Position numbers and translations under genes: made by a program. From the NCBI RefSeq assembly GCF_006345805.1, contig NC_042998.1, positions 206,088,001 to 206,152,000 on the forward strand: a DNA stretch of 64,000 nt, in the 5' to 3' direction. The notes under the pieces are model-generated. The model was not told where the DNA came from. It saw only the letters and a program-made list of their open reading frames with translations, and ran no database searches. This document shows positions 51,527 to 62,933 of this stretch, piece after piece; position 1 is the stretch's first letter, and each line of letters starts with the position of its first letter. Source of the stretch: Octopus sinensis (taxonomy: Eukaryota).

Positions 51527-51949
51527 TTGCGAATGAAAGTGTAAGGAGGCTGTGGCTGTTTGTGTGGTGATTGCGTTTTATTGGTTGATTTCCAATAATC
51601 GTCAGCTGATGAGTGATAGTTTGGCATGCAGCTGTCTTCAAGAATTTTGTCTCTCATTTTCTCTTTGTTGCATTGGATGTCATTTTAGATTTTGCTAATG
51701 ATTTTCTAAAAATTAATATTTTAAAAAATATATTTCTTTATAGTACAGCTTATAATATTCTAGCTGCTGCTGTTCAGTATCTCTCTGAATGAAAATAAAC
51801 AAATACGACAATAATTATTGATTTTTATCGGACATTTTTTAATATTGTGACAGTCACACTATTTCAGTTGGTCAGTGTTAGAGTGTCAGATTATTAGAGG
51901 CTGCCACACCATTAGGAGAAATATGGTATATATATATAAAATAAATCTT

Positions 51950-52245
51950 TCAACATCAATGGAAATTGTAGCTGAGATACCAGTGCCGGTGGCATGTAAG
52001 AGAACCATCCGAACGTGGCCGTTGCCAGCACCGCCCCGTCTGGCCTCCGTGCTGGTGGCACATAAAAAGCACCCACTACACTCTCAGAGTGGTTGGCGTT
52101 AGGAAGGGCATCCAGCTGTAGAAACACTGCCAGATCAGACTGGGCCTGGCGCAGCCTTCTGGCTTCCCAGACCCCAGTTGAACCGTCCAACACATGCTAG
52201 CATGGAAAACGGACTTTAAATGATGATGATGACGATGATGATGAT
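51950..52245 (+). mobile_element. RTE LINE 3' UTR fragment
   Basis: CATCAATGGAAATTG ... CCGTCCAACACATGCTAGCATGGAAAACGGACTTTAAATGATGATG. Confidence 0.88.
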
Positions 52246-52268
52246 GTTGCCTTAAAAAGTACGAAACT

Positions 52269-52441
52269 AGAATTGAAAAATGTGCATGCTCAAAAGCGTT
52301 ACAGAATGTCATAATAAAGTGCACATGAATGCACAACATAGAGGGATTCCAACATTTTTGAGCAACAATGCTAGTCCCATACTTTTTAAGGTTTATTATG
52401 GCATTCTGTAACCCTTTTGAGTGTGTGCATTTTTCAATTCT
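52269..52441. mobile_element. Small hairpin MITE-like element
   Basis: ~50-bp inverted arms 52269-52318 / 52392-52441 with several mismatches. Confidence 0.65.
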
Positions 52442-52834
52442 CGTTATATATGACTGGTACTAAGATAGCACAATTCAGGAGAGTAGAGTCACTTGACCAC
52501 AATATATGACTGGTACTAAGGCAACACTTTCCTAGAGAGAAATAGAGTCAACCACTGGGACTGATAGTTATTTTAATAATGTCTATGACTCCAGTCCTGA
52601 AGAACTTTGAATCTTGAAAGATAGAAGCATTTCTTGTGTTGTCACCCATTGTAAGGATATTAAAAGACAAAGCTAAATACTTTGAAACCTTCCATCTGAT
52701 GGCCTTCTCCTCTTTCTCTCTCTAACTTGCATTTCCTTAGAAATAGTAATGTTATTGGCAGCATTCAAAACAGTTTATTTTGTTAAAATATTTTTGTAAG
52801 AACAAAGATAACTTTTAATATAAAAAAAATGACT

Positions 52835-53040
52835 GGTGGTCATTAGCACATTGGACAAAATGCTTACTGGCATTTTATGTCCTCACATTCTCAGTTCAAA
52901 TCTCACCAAGGTTTACTTTGCCTTTCATTCTTTCAGGGTCAGTAAAATAAATACCAGTTGAGTACTGGGATCAATAGGATCGACTTACCCCCCTCCCCAA
53001 TCTAAAATTGCTGACCTTGTGTCAAAATTTAAAACCAATA
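52835..53040 (+). mobile_element. tRNA-derived SINE (family 2), degenerate
   Basis: CAGTTCAAATCTC B-box-like motif, TTTGCCTTTCATTCTTTCAGGGTC, ACCAGTTGAGTACTGGG; matches 21895-22097. Confidence 0.7.
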
Positions 53041-53073
53041 TAAAAATATATATTGAATATGATAATAATAATA

Positions 53074-53104
<31 letters not shown>

Positions 53105-54701
53105 CATGGTGACAGTTTATATAATTTTTTAGGTCTTCCTTGAAAAGAGAGACTGATTTGATAGGAATAATTAACCATGGCTTTGGTTCATTATTATTTA
53201 TAAGAGAGAAATATATTGGGCTTAGCATTTCAGGCTACTAAGTTATTTGTTTAGTATGTAGGAGCTGTTAAGTGTTTTTGGCTCCTGTTTTAGTTGATGA
53301 CAGGTCACACATGAATAGAGACTGTTTAGATGTTGGTGGCAGCAGCAGCAGTAGCAGCAGTAGTAGTAGATATGCTGAACTGGGGATATGGTCTTTGTTG
53401 ACTATAAAGTTATATACAAAGAAAAATAAGGCAGGAGAGGTAGAGAGAAAGAGTGAGAGAGAGAGAGAGAGTGTGTGTGTGTGTGTGTTACCGTGGTAGG
53501 AGGATAAAGTCCAGCAGAGACTGGAGTTAGGGGTGTGTGAAAGCTAAACTGAGGAATAGGAGAAGGATGAGGCAATAAAATTGGGTGAGATGCTCTTGAA
53601 AAAGTGGGTAAGAATATACATTGGGAGGATTTGTCTTGCTACAAGGCATTAAATGCTGTTGTGTGTGTGTAATGTATTGTCATGATAGAGCGATGGCGAT
53701 GGCGATGGTGGTGGTGGTGGTGGTGGTGGTGGTGGTGGTGGTGGTGGTAGCAGTGCAAGCAAGCTTTGTAAATTGAATAAAAGCTGTTTATTCAACACTG
53801 ATGAACTGATGTCTGTAGATACACTCACACACGCACATCTAGCATGCTAACTTAATTTTTGCTGGTTTCAAAAGAATGCTAGTTGGTCTTCTGTAAGTGC
53901 TAGAAGATAATTTATGCTGTGTTGTTGTTAGTGGTGGTGGTGGTGGTGGTGGTGGTAAAAAACAAAACAAAAGTAGGCCAGGAGTTTGGTCTCAAGCTTC
54001 CTGGATTTGCTGACAGTGGTAGGAGTGGGAGGAATTTGTGGTATTTCTCTGGAAGCTGAGTATTTTGTGTTTCCCTATCTCCACCTGTCTCCTGCTTAGA
54101 TTCTCTCATATTCCTTTCTTTCTCCTCTACCTGCCAGCTTTCTTTCCCCTCTTTTAATGAATACTTTCGCACTCCCTCCTTGTTCTCATATAAACAAAAT
54201 GTGATAAATCACTACAGCCTTCTCCCTTTCACCCTTTCTTATGTTCCCATACACCCCAGATTCATACTTTCACCTGCCTAACACACACCAACACCACCAC
54301 CTCCACCCTACTGTATTGTTTAAGCTGATGTTTGTAAGACATTGAAATCAAGCCTATTGTTAAAGCTTCTACTGTGTTGGTGTGAACTAAGGCAGACTGG
54401 ATTGGTGCTGAGGAAATTGACCCCTTTCATTGGGTGGTGGTTGTGGGGACTTACTGACAACATGAAGTAGTAGTGGACAACCAGCACTTAATAAATTGTT
54501 GAGCACATTTCAGTTACACAAGTGCTTGGAACTTGTTTGCAGTAATTCACTATAATTCATTTAGCCTTTGTAAGAAGGTTTTGACAATAATTTCTGGCAG
54601 GCACATGATTCTCGGTTCAACACTACTGCACAGTACACTTGGTCGTCTTCTTCCATGGTCTCTGCTTGACCAATGTTTTGTGAGTAAAATTTAATATACA
54701 T

Positions 54702-54853
54702 GCACAGACTGTGTGGTAAGAAACTTGCTTCCCAACCACATGGTTTCAGGTTCAGTCCTACAGTGTGACACCTAGGTCAAGTGTCTTCTACTATAGCCTT
54801 GGAGTGACCAAAGCCCAGTGAGTGGATTTGGTAGACAGAAACTGAAAGAAGCT
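54702..54853 (+). mobile_element. SINE family 1, 5' half
   Basis: GACTGTGTGGTAAGAAACTTGCTTCCCAACC...GGTTCAGTCC...GAAACTGAAAGAAGCTC; stops at the RTE tail. Confidence 0.85.
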
Positions 54854-57800
54854 CATCATCATCATCATCATCATTTAGCGTCCGTTTTCCATGCTAGCAT
54901 GGGTTGGACGGTTCAACTGGGGTCTGGGGAGCCCGAAGGCTGCACCAGGCCAGTCAGATCTGGCAGTGTTTCTACAGCTGGATGCCCTTCCTAACGCCAA
55001 CCACTCCGAGAGTGTAGTGGGTGATTTTATGTGCCACCGACACAGGTGCCAGACGAGGCTGGCGAACGGCCACGCTCGGATGGTGTTTTTATGTGCCACC
55101 GACACAGGTGCCAGACGAGGCTGGCAGACGGCCACGCTCGGATGGTGTTTTTATGTGCCACCGACACAGGTGCCAGATGAGGCTGGCGGACGGCCACGAT
55201 CGGATGGTGTTTGTTACGTCCCCAAAGCACGGAGGCCAGTCTATGCGGTACTGGCTACGGCCACGTTCGGATGATTTTCTTGTGTGCCACCGGCACTGGT
55301 ACCACAAAGATACAAATTCCATTGATGTTCATCTATTTTGATTTGTTTTGATTTGATTTTCACTTGCCTCAACAGGTCTTCACAAGTGTCACAAGAAGGA
55401 AGGTATGCACAGGTGGACTGACTACGTCCCAGGTAGGGGCCACGGGTTATGGCCTGACTAGTCTTGCCGGGTCTTCGGATGGTGTTTTTATGTGCCACCG
55501 ACACAGGTGCCAGATGAGGCTGGCGAACGGCCACGATCGGATGGTGTTTGTTACGTGCCCACAGCACGGAGGCCAGTCGATGCGGTACTGGCTACGGCCA
55601 CGTTCGGATGGTTTTCTTGTGTGCCACCGGCACTGGTACCACAAAGATACAAATTCCATTGATGTTCATCTATTTTGATTTGATTTGATTTGATTTTCAC
55701 TTGCCTCAACAGGTCTTCACAGGTCTTCACAAGTGTCACAGGAAGGAAGGAAGGTATGCACAGGGGACTGACTACGTCCCAAGTAGGGGCCACGGGTTAT
55801 GGCCTGACTAGTCTTGCCGGGTCTTCGGTTGGTGTTTTTATGTGCCACCGACACAGGTGCCAGATGAGGCTGGCGAACGGCCACGATCGGATGGTGTTTG
55901 TTATGTGCCCACGTCACAGAGGCCAGTCGATGCGGTACTGGCTACGGCCACGTTCGGATGGTTTTCTTGTGTGCCAACGGTACTGGTACCACAAAGATAC
56001 AAATTCCATTGATGTTCATCTATTTTGATTTGGTTTGATTTTGATTTGATTTGATTTTCACTTGCCTCAACAGGTCTACACAAGTGTCACACACTTGCCT
56101 CAACAGGTCTTCACAAGTGTCATAAGTAGGTGTCACACACTTGCCTCAACAGGTCTTCACAAGTGTCATAAGTAGGAAGGTATGCACAGGTGGACTGACT
56201 ACGTCGCCGGGTCTTCGGATGGTGTTTTTATGTGCCACCGACACAGGTGCCAGATGAGGCTGGCGAACGGCCACGATCAGATGGTGTTTGTTGTGCCCAC
56301 AGCACGGAGGCCAGTCGATGCGGTACTGGCTACGGCCACGTTCGGATGGTTTTCTTGTGTGCCACCGGTACTGGAACCACAAAGATACAAATTCCATTGA
56401 TGTTCATCCATTTTGATTTGGTTTGATTTGATTTTCACTTGCCTCAACAGCTCTTCACAAGTGTCACACACTTGCCTCAACAGGTCTCCACAAGTGTCAC
56501 ACACTTGCCTCTGCCTCAACAGGTCTTCACAAGTGTCACACACTTGCCTCAACAGGTCGTCACAAGTGTCATAAGAGGGAAGGAATGCACAGGTGGATGA
56601 CTACGTCGTCGGGTCTTCGGATGGTGTCTTTATGTGCCACCGACACAGGTGCCAGATGAGGCTGGCGAACGGCCACGATCGGATGGTGTGTGTTGTGCCC
56701 ACAGCACGGAGGCCAGTCGATGCGGTACTGGCTACGGCCACGTTCGGATGGTTTTCTTGTGTGCCACCGGTACTGGAACCACAAAGATACAAATTCCATT
56801 GATGTTCATCTATTTTGATTTGGTTTGATTTTGATTTTCACTTGCCTCAACAGGTCTTCACAAGTGTCACACACTTGCCTCAACAGGTCTCCACAAGTGT
56901 CACACACTTGCCCCTGCCTCAACAGGTCTTCACAAGTGTCACACACTTGCCTCAACAGGTCTTCACAAGTGTCATAAGAGGGAAGGTATGCACAGGTGGA
57001 CTGACTACGTCGCCGGGTCTTCGGATGGTGTCTTTATGTGCCACCGACACAGGTGCCAGATGAGGCTGGCGAACGGCCACGATCGGATGGTGTTTGTTGT
57101 GCCCACAGCACGGAGGCCAGTCGATGCGGTACTGGCTACGGCCACGTTTGGGTGGTTTTCTTGTGTGCCACCGGCACTGGTACCACAAAGAATACAATTC
57201 CACTGATGTTCATCTATTTTGATTTGTTTTGATTTGATTTTCACTTGCCTCAACAGGTCTTCATAAGTGTCACAAGAAGGAAGGTATGCACAGGAGGACT
57301 GACTATGTCCCAGGTAGGGGCCACGGGTTATGGCCTGACTAGTCTTGCCGGGTCTTCTCACGCACAGCATACTTCCATAGGTCTCGGTCTCTAGACATTT
57401 CCTTAGTGAGACCTAAAGTTCGAAGGTCGTGCTTCACCACCTCGTCCCAGGTTTTCCTGGGTCTACCTCTTCCACAGGTTCCCTCAACTGCTAGGGTGTA
57501 GCACTTTTGCACACAACTATCTTCAGCCATTCTCATCACATGACCATACCAGCGCAAACGTCTCTCTTGCACACCACAACTGACGCTTCTTAGGTTCAAC
57601 TTTTCTCTCAAGGAACTTACACTTGACGATTATGAACACTGACATTACACATCCATCGGAGCATACTGGCTTCATTTCTTGCGAGCTTACGCATATCCTC
57701 AGCAGTCACGGCCCATGTTTCACTACCATGTAGCATGGCTGTACGTATACATGCATCATACAGTCTGCCTTTTACTCTGAGCGAGAGGCCTTTTGTCACC

Positions 57801-58814
57801 AGCAGGGGTAAGAGCTCTCTAAACTTTGCCCAGGCTATTCTTACTCTAGCAGTTACACTTTCAGCACACCCGCCCCCGCTACTGACTTGGTCTCCTAGGT
57901 AGCGGAAGCTATCAACTACTTCTAGTTTGTCTCCCTGGAACGTGGCAGAAGTTGGTCTCTGCACATTTCCAGTGTTTATTGCTCCTGAGCATTTGCCACA
58001 GACAAAAACTATTTTCCTAGTTAGCCTTCCTTTGACATTGCTGCACCTCTTATGTGTCCATAGCTTACACTTGGTGCATCTTATAGAGTTTCTACCTACA
58101 CCTTTTTTACAGATCGAGCAGGGCCATCTACCTGAAGGCGTATGTGATTGATCTACCTTCCTACTTATTAGGACTTTGGTTTTGGCTAGGTTGATTCTAA
58201 GGCCCTTCGATTCTAATCCTTGTTTCCACACCTGAAACTTCTCCTCCAGTTCTGATAGTGACTCAGCAATTAGAGCAAGGTCATCAGCATAGAGGAGCTC
58301 CCAGGGGCAACCTGTCTTGAATTCCTCCGTTATTGCCTGGAGGACTATGATAAATAGGAGGGGACTGAGGACTGAACCTTGGTGGACCCCACCTCTACCC
58401 GGAATTCTTCACTGTACTCGTTGCCAACCCTCACCTTACTAGCAGCGTCTCTGTACATGGCTTGCACAGCTCTCACCAACCATTCTTCTATCCCTAGTTT
58501 CCTCATTGACCACCAGATAAGGGATCGGGGGACCCTGTCAAAGGCTTTCTCCAAGTCAACAAAAGCCAGGTACAAGGGCTTATCTTTAGCTAGGTATTTC
58601 TCCTGCAGCTGTCTTACCAGGAATATAGCATCAGTAGTACTTTTCCCTGGCACGAACCCAAACTGCATATCATCTAAGCTAACTCTCTCTCTAATTAGTT
58701 GGGCTATAACCCTCTCCGTAACCTTCATTACCTGATCCAGCAGCTTGATGCCCCTGTAGTTATTTGTCTCTAGGGCGTCGCCTTTACCTTTGTAGCAGTT
58801 GACTATTATGCTGC
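54854..58814 (-). mobile_element. RTE LINE ((GAT)n-tail family), 5'-truncated, relatively young; RT with PHD-type finger and expanded 3' UTR
   Basis: ORF pieces 58345-58818, 57617-58231 and 57339-57611 joined by frameshifts; QFGFVPGKSTTDA, FVDLEKAFDRVP, LLYADD at ~58281-58297, YLG, RLRWYGHVMRM; (CAT)n tail at 54854. Confidence 0.95.
55027..57356. repeat. Higher-order tandem array in the RTE 3' UTR: 3x62-bp units, then six 335-404-bp units
   Basis: Units start at 55139, 55476, 55826, 56216, 56618 and 57022; junction GGGTCTT|CGGATGGTG; nested ~31-bp CACTTGCCTCAACAGGTCTTCACAAGTGTCA subrepeats. Confidence 0.95.
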
Positions 58815-60935
58815 TCATTCAAGTAATGAGTTCTTACTGAGTGTGTTGTATCCAGGTATGGGCGGCTTGTCTGGTATTTCTTGAAGAAATCTGTGCAGAC
58901 TCTGTTTAAAGGTGATGGGATCCGTTTCCTCTTTGATGTCTTTTGGGACAATGTTAAACAGGGCAGGGCCTGTTGAGGAAAAGAAATTATGTCGCAGTGT
59001 ACCTATATGCTGCAATCCTGAATTGGGCAGGGGACGTATGGCCTGTGGTCCCAGCCTTGGATGAACCTTGAAACTAATGTTCAGGTCGTTTGGGCAATGC
59101 TGGTGGCATATTCTCCAGATCGTATAAATGATGTACCACTCATGGCGGTGCTGGAGAAAGTAGTTTCAAGGCTTTGAGGCGGTCCCAATAATCGAGATTA
59201 GTTATGCCTTCAATTTGTTTAGTGAGTGCTCTCTGGGGTGATTCAATCCTTGAGATGTTTTGTCTTGTATGGGGAGACCACAGTGGGCAGCAGTATTTGA
59301 GGTGTGGCCGTACAAAGGAGGAGAAAAGTGGTATGATGATACCTCGTTCTCTGGACCGGAAAGTTCTTAAGATCCAGGAGCTCATCCTACGAGCTATATC
59401 GACCTTATTGTTGATGCGTGCACTCCAACTGAGATCGTCATCAACAATTACAGCCAGGTCTCTGATATTATTAGATACTGTGAGTGGTTCCCCTGAAGGA
59501 AGAGAGTATGGCTGTTTTAGTCAAGTCTTTCTTCCAAAATGCTCGTTCAGTTGCATTTTGTTTCTGTCTGCCCATTGACTCACAGCATATAGATCAGACT
59601 GGAGTTGAGTTCGGTCTTCTTCTTCATTGATGATTTACTGGAGCTTAGTGTCATCAGCAAATATTTTCACTTTGCAGTGTTTTATGACACTGGAAAGGTC
59701 GTTTATATAGATTATAAAGAGGAGCGGACCCACGACTGTCAGTGGTGACTTTTGCTCGGCTTGAGCGGATTCCACCGATCACAACATGTATTCTGTTCTC
59801 CAAGAAATACTATATCCAGTGTAGTAGTTTTCCACGGATTCCAACATTTGCCAATTTTGAGAGTAAGATATTATGGTCAACTCTGTTGAATGCTTTACTG
59901 AAGTCAAGATATATGACATCAGAGTTCAAACCTGTTCCCAAGGCTTTAAGGATATGATCGATGTGGTGTAAGAGCTGTGTTAGACAGTCCCTGCCACAGT
60001 GAAAGCCATGCTGATTTGCATTTAGGAGTTTGTGGGTCTCCAGGAAGTCAGCTATCCTTTATCTCATCACCCTTTCAAACACTTTAATGATGTGGGAGGT
60101 GAGTGAGATTGGATGATAGTTGACTGCGAGGGATCTGTTTCCCTGTTTGAAAACCGAGATGACAGACTGGAATAAGAGCTGTTTCGAAAGAATTTCTCCA
60201 GAGGTTGGTCTGAGGAACAGCAAGTTGGTGTCTACATTCCTTCAGGAGACTAGCGAGGAATCTATCAGGGTCTACATCAGAACAGTATTTGATCTCATTT
60301 ATTGCTGCTATGATGTCTGAAGCAGTAAAGGTGATGTCCAAGATTTTATGTTGGGAATCAACTTCGTTCGCTTCTCTTACATCAATATCCGTGGGATCAC
60401 TAAAGACACAGCAGTATCGTTTCTGCAGTATTTCTGCCATTTCTTTAGCATCGTGTTGGGGAATGCCATTATTATTGATCAATGGCCCAGTGGGTGAGAC
60501 AGCGGTTCTATGCTTATTTGCATAAGAATAGAAAAATTTTGGATTCTGTTTGATGTTTTTGATTACCCACTGTTCCTCTGCTGCTCTTTGATTTTCAATG
60601 GAGGTTTTCATGTTGAGGTTTTTTCCAACTCCAGCCTTTTCATTGTTGTTGAATGTAGCTGTTGTATGTGGGAGTATTTTAATTGGTTGATTTTTTTATC
60701 GAGTCTTTTGATGCGCCTGATGGGTTTTTTCTTTCTAGGTTTCTGTTTGTGTTAGTGGATTTTGTAGGCACTCTTCAAAGCACTTTAGAGGTGCTTGGGG
60801 AGGCCTGTAAAGACCAACAATGATCATGTTTTTGGCTTTGTTGAATAGTGATATTGATTCACAATAGCCATTGGAAAATATGTCCTTGGCATCAACTGAA
60901 AAGGAGTCTTGTACATTGTGTTAAAGATAGCTATG
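58815..60935 (-). pseudogene. CR1-like LINE (family B) ORF2, frameshifted, lacking its 3' UTR
   Basis: APE remnant IIVGLYRPP near 60800; IKQNPKFFYSY; DVIYLDFSKAF; IFADDTK at ~59640-59665; VRPHLKYCCPLWSP; ends KNSLLE* at 58815. Confidence 0.9.
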
Positions 60936-61040
60936 GCCAGTCTATGGGGTTACCCTGAGTTTCATGTCCATAAAGCACTTAGCTTTACAGTGTTTCTTCA
61001 GACACTAATCCTCTTTTCCTACACCAGCTAACGAGCTGAC

Positions 61041-61298
61041 TATATACATATACATGTATATGTGTGTGTGTATGTGTGTGTGTGTGTGTGTCTGTCTTTG
61101 TCCTCTACCACAGCTTAACAACTACTGGTGTTGGTGTGTTCACATCCTTGTAACTTAGTGGTTTGGCAAAAGAGACTGATAAAATAAGTACCAGGCTTAA
61201 AAAGAAAGTAAGTATTGGGGTTAATTCATTCAACTAAAATTCAAGGCAGTGCTCCAGCATGGCTGCAGTCTAATGATTGAAACAAGTAAAAGATAAAA
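61041..61298 (+). mobile_element. SINE family 1, 3' half
   Basis: (TG)n then TTTGTCC...GGTGTTGGTGTGTT...AACTTAGTGGTTTGGCAAAAGAGAC...GAAACAAGTAAAAGATAAAAG. Confidence 0.85.
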
Positions 61299-61501
61299 GA
61301 AATTGTATGAAAGCTCAATGTGTGTGTGTGTATTGTATCTTTCACCAAATGTTGTCAGAAGAGTTACACATCAGTGAGGAATGTGATAAAGCAGTGCTTT
61401 CTTCTACAGCCTCAGACAGACCAACAACTCCTTATGAGTGAATTTAGTAGATGAAACTAAAAGAAGCCAGTCATATATGTGTGTGTGTGTTTATATATAT
61501 A

Positions 61502-62734
61502 TTGGGTCAGCCCATAAATAATGTGGGTTCTTTTATACTGTTTACAAAATTGAAATAAACAAAATTCTTTTTTAGTCTAAAACATACTCTCCTTCATTTT
61601 CCACAATACTCTTCCATCTATCTGGTAAACTTGCAAGGCCCCATCTTCCAAAATTCACTTGTCCCTGACGAAAAATACTTCTCCAGTACTGTTCTGACCT
61701 CGTTTACAGGATTCATGTTTTTTCCATCCAAATGATTTTGAAGACTGTTGAATAAATGTTAATCAGATGGGGCAATATCTGGCGAATATGGTGGGTGGGG
61801 CATCGTTTCCCATTCAAACTGCTCCAGCTTTTGGAATGTCATCCTTGCTGTATGTGGTCAAGCATTATCCTGATGGAAGAACACCTTTCATCTTGAAACC
61901 AAAGATTTTTTCTTCTAGCGCTGACTTAAGCAGCTGAAGCTCCTTGCAGATCTCCTTTGTTATCGTTCGGTTTGGGTTTAAAAGTTCAAAGTGGACTAAA
62001 CCTTTCATGTCCTACCAAACAGATAACACTTTACGTGGGTAAAGATCTTCTTTAGCCTGGGATGTCAGTGTTTCTCCTTTCCCTTACCCACTGTCTTTGG
62101 CGCTTGACATTTTTATAAAGAACCCATTTCTTGCCATGAGACATGACAGCAAAGAAGAGTACACATTCACTCTCTGTACACAATTAGACTTGGAAGGTTT
62201 GTGACGAACCCTTTGACCCAATTTACTGACTTTTCTGATGGCATGCAGGTATCAATGAATGGTTGAATGGCTAAATCCAAGCTTCTCTGCTAGTTCTTCA
62301 ACAGTTACAACTGGATTTTGTTTCACCAGGATTTGCAGGACATCCTCATTGAGCTCTGCAGATCATCCAGGATGAGTCTCATCTTCTAGGCTGTAGTTTC
62401 CAGCTTAGAATTTTTGGAACCATCGTTGACACTGACTTACACATATTGTCTGATCCCTATATACTGCATTAATATTCCTTGCATTTTCTGTTGCATTGCT
62501 GCCTTATTGAACTCATACAGAAAAATATGCCAAACATATTCTTTTGCCACTTCCATTATAGCTTTGAAAAAATAACTGTTAAGATCAAACTGCACTCTTC
62601 AAAACTTGCACTAAGAATAAGTACCAGGTAAAATTACTACCTGCTTTTATAGTAAGTTGATGCAGGTAGTTTATCCTGTCCTTCTCCAACTTTTAGTTCA
62701 TGTAAATGAAAAACTGCATTATTTATGGGATGAC

Positions 62735-62738
<4 letters not shown>
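61502..62738 (-). mobile_element. Mariner transposon, decayed full-length copy
   Basis: 22-bp TIRs TTGGGTCA(G/T)CCCATAAATAATG within (TA)n; minus-strand HQDNA*PH and PHPPYSPDIAPSD. Confidence 0.92.
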
Positions 62739-62774
<36 letters not shown>

Positions 62775-62933
62775 GACTGAATATTTTTAAAATCTTAGAA
62801 ACACTTGTAGGGTTGATTAGAAATACCTTTTTTCCTCACAGACTAATAACAGGTAAGTTTTATATATATTTTTTCAAACAATTTTATTGTATTTTGTAGT
62901 AGGTTTTTTAACTGCTTATATTATTTTATTGGA

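Noticed and set aside
51535-51560. PQPPYTF as the start of a forkhead domain
   Set aside because: The downstream sequence does not follow the forkhead helix pattern in any frame examined
55170-55200. CAGATGAGGCTGGCG(A/G)AC as a hammerhead in the RTE UTR units
   Set aside because: Core deviates (CAGA instead of CUGA, GAAC/GGAC instead of GAAA) and no helix I or III
55027-57356. CRISPR-like interpretation of the repeat array
   Set aside because: Eukaryotic context, no unique spacers; units are entire duplicated LINE UTR segments
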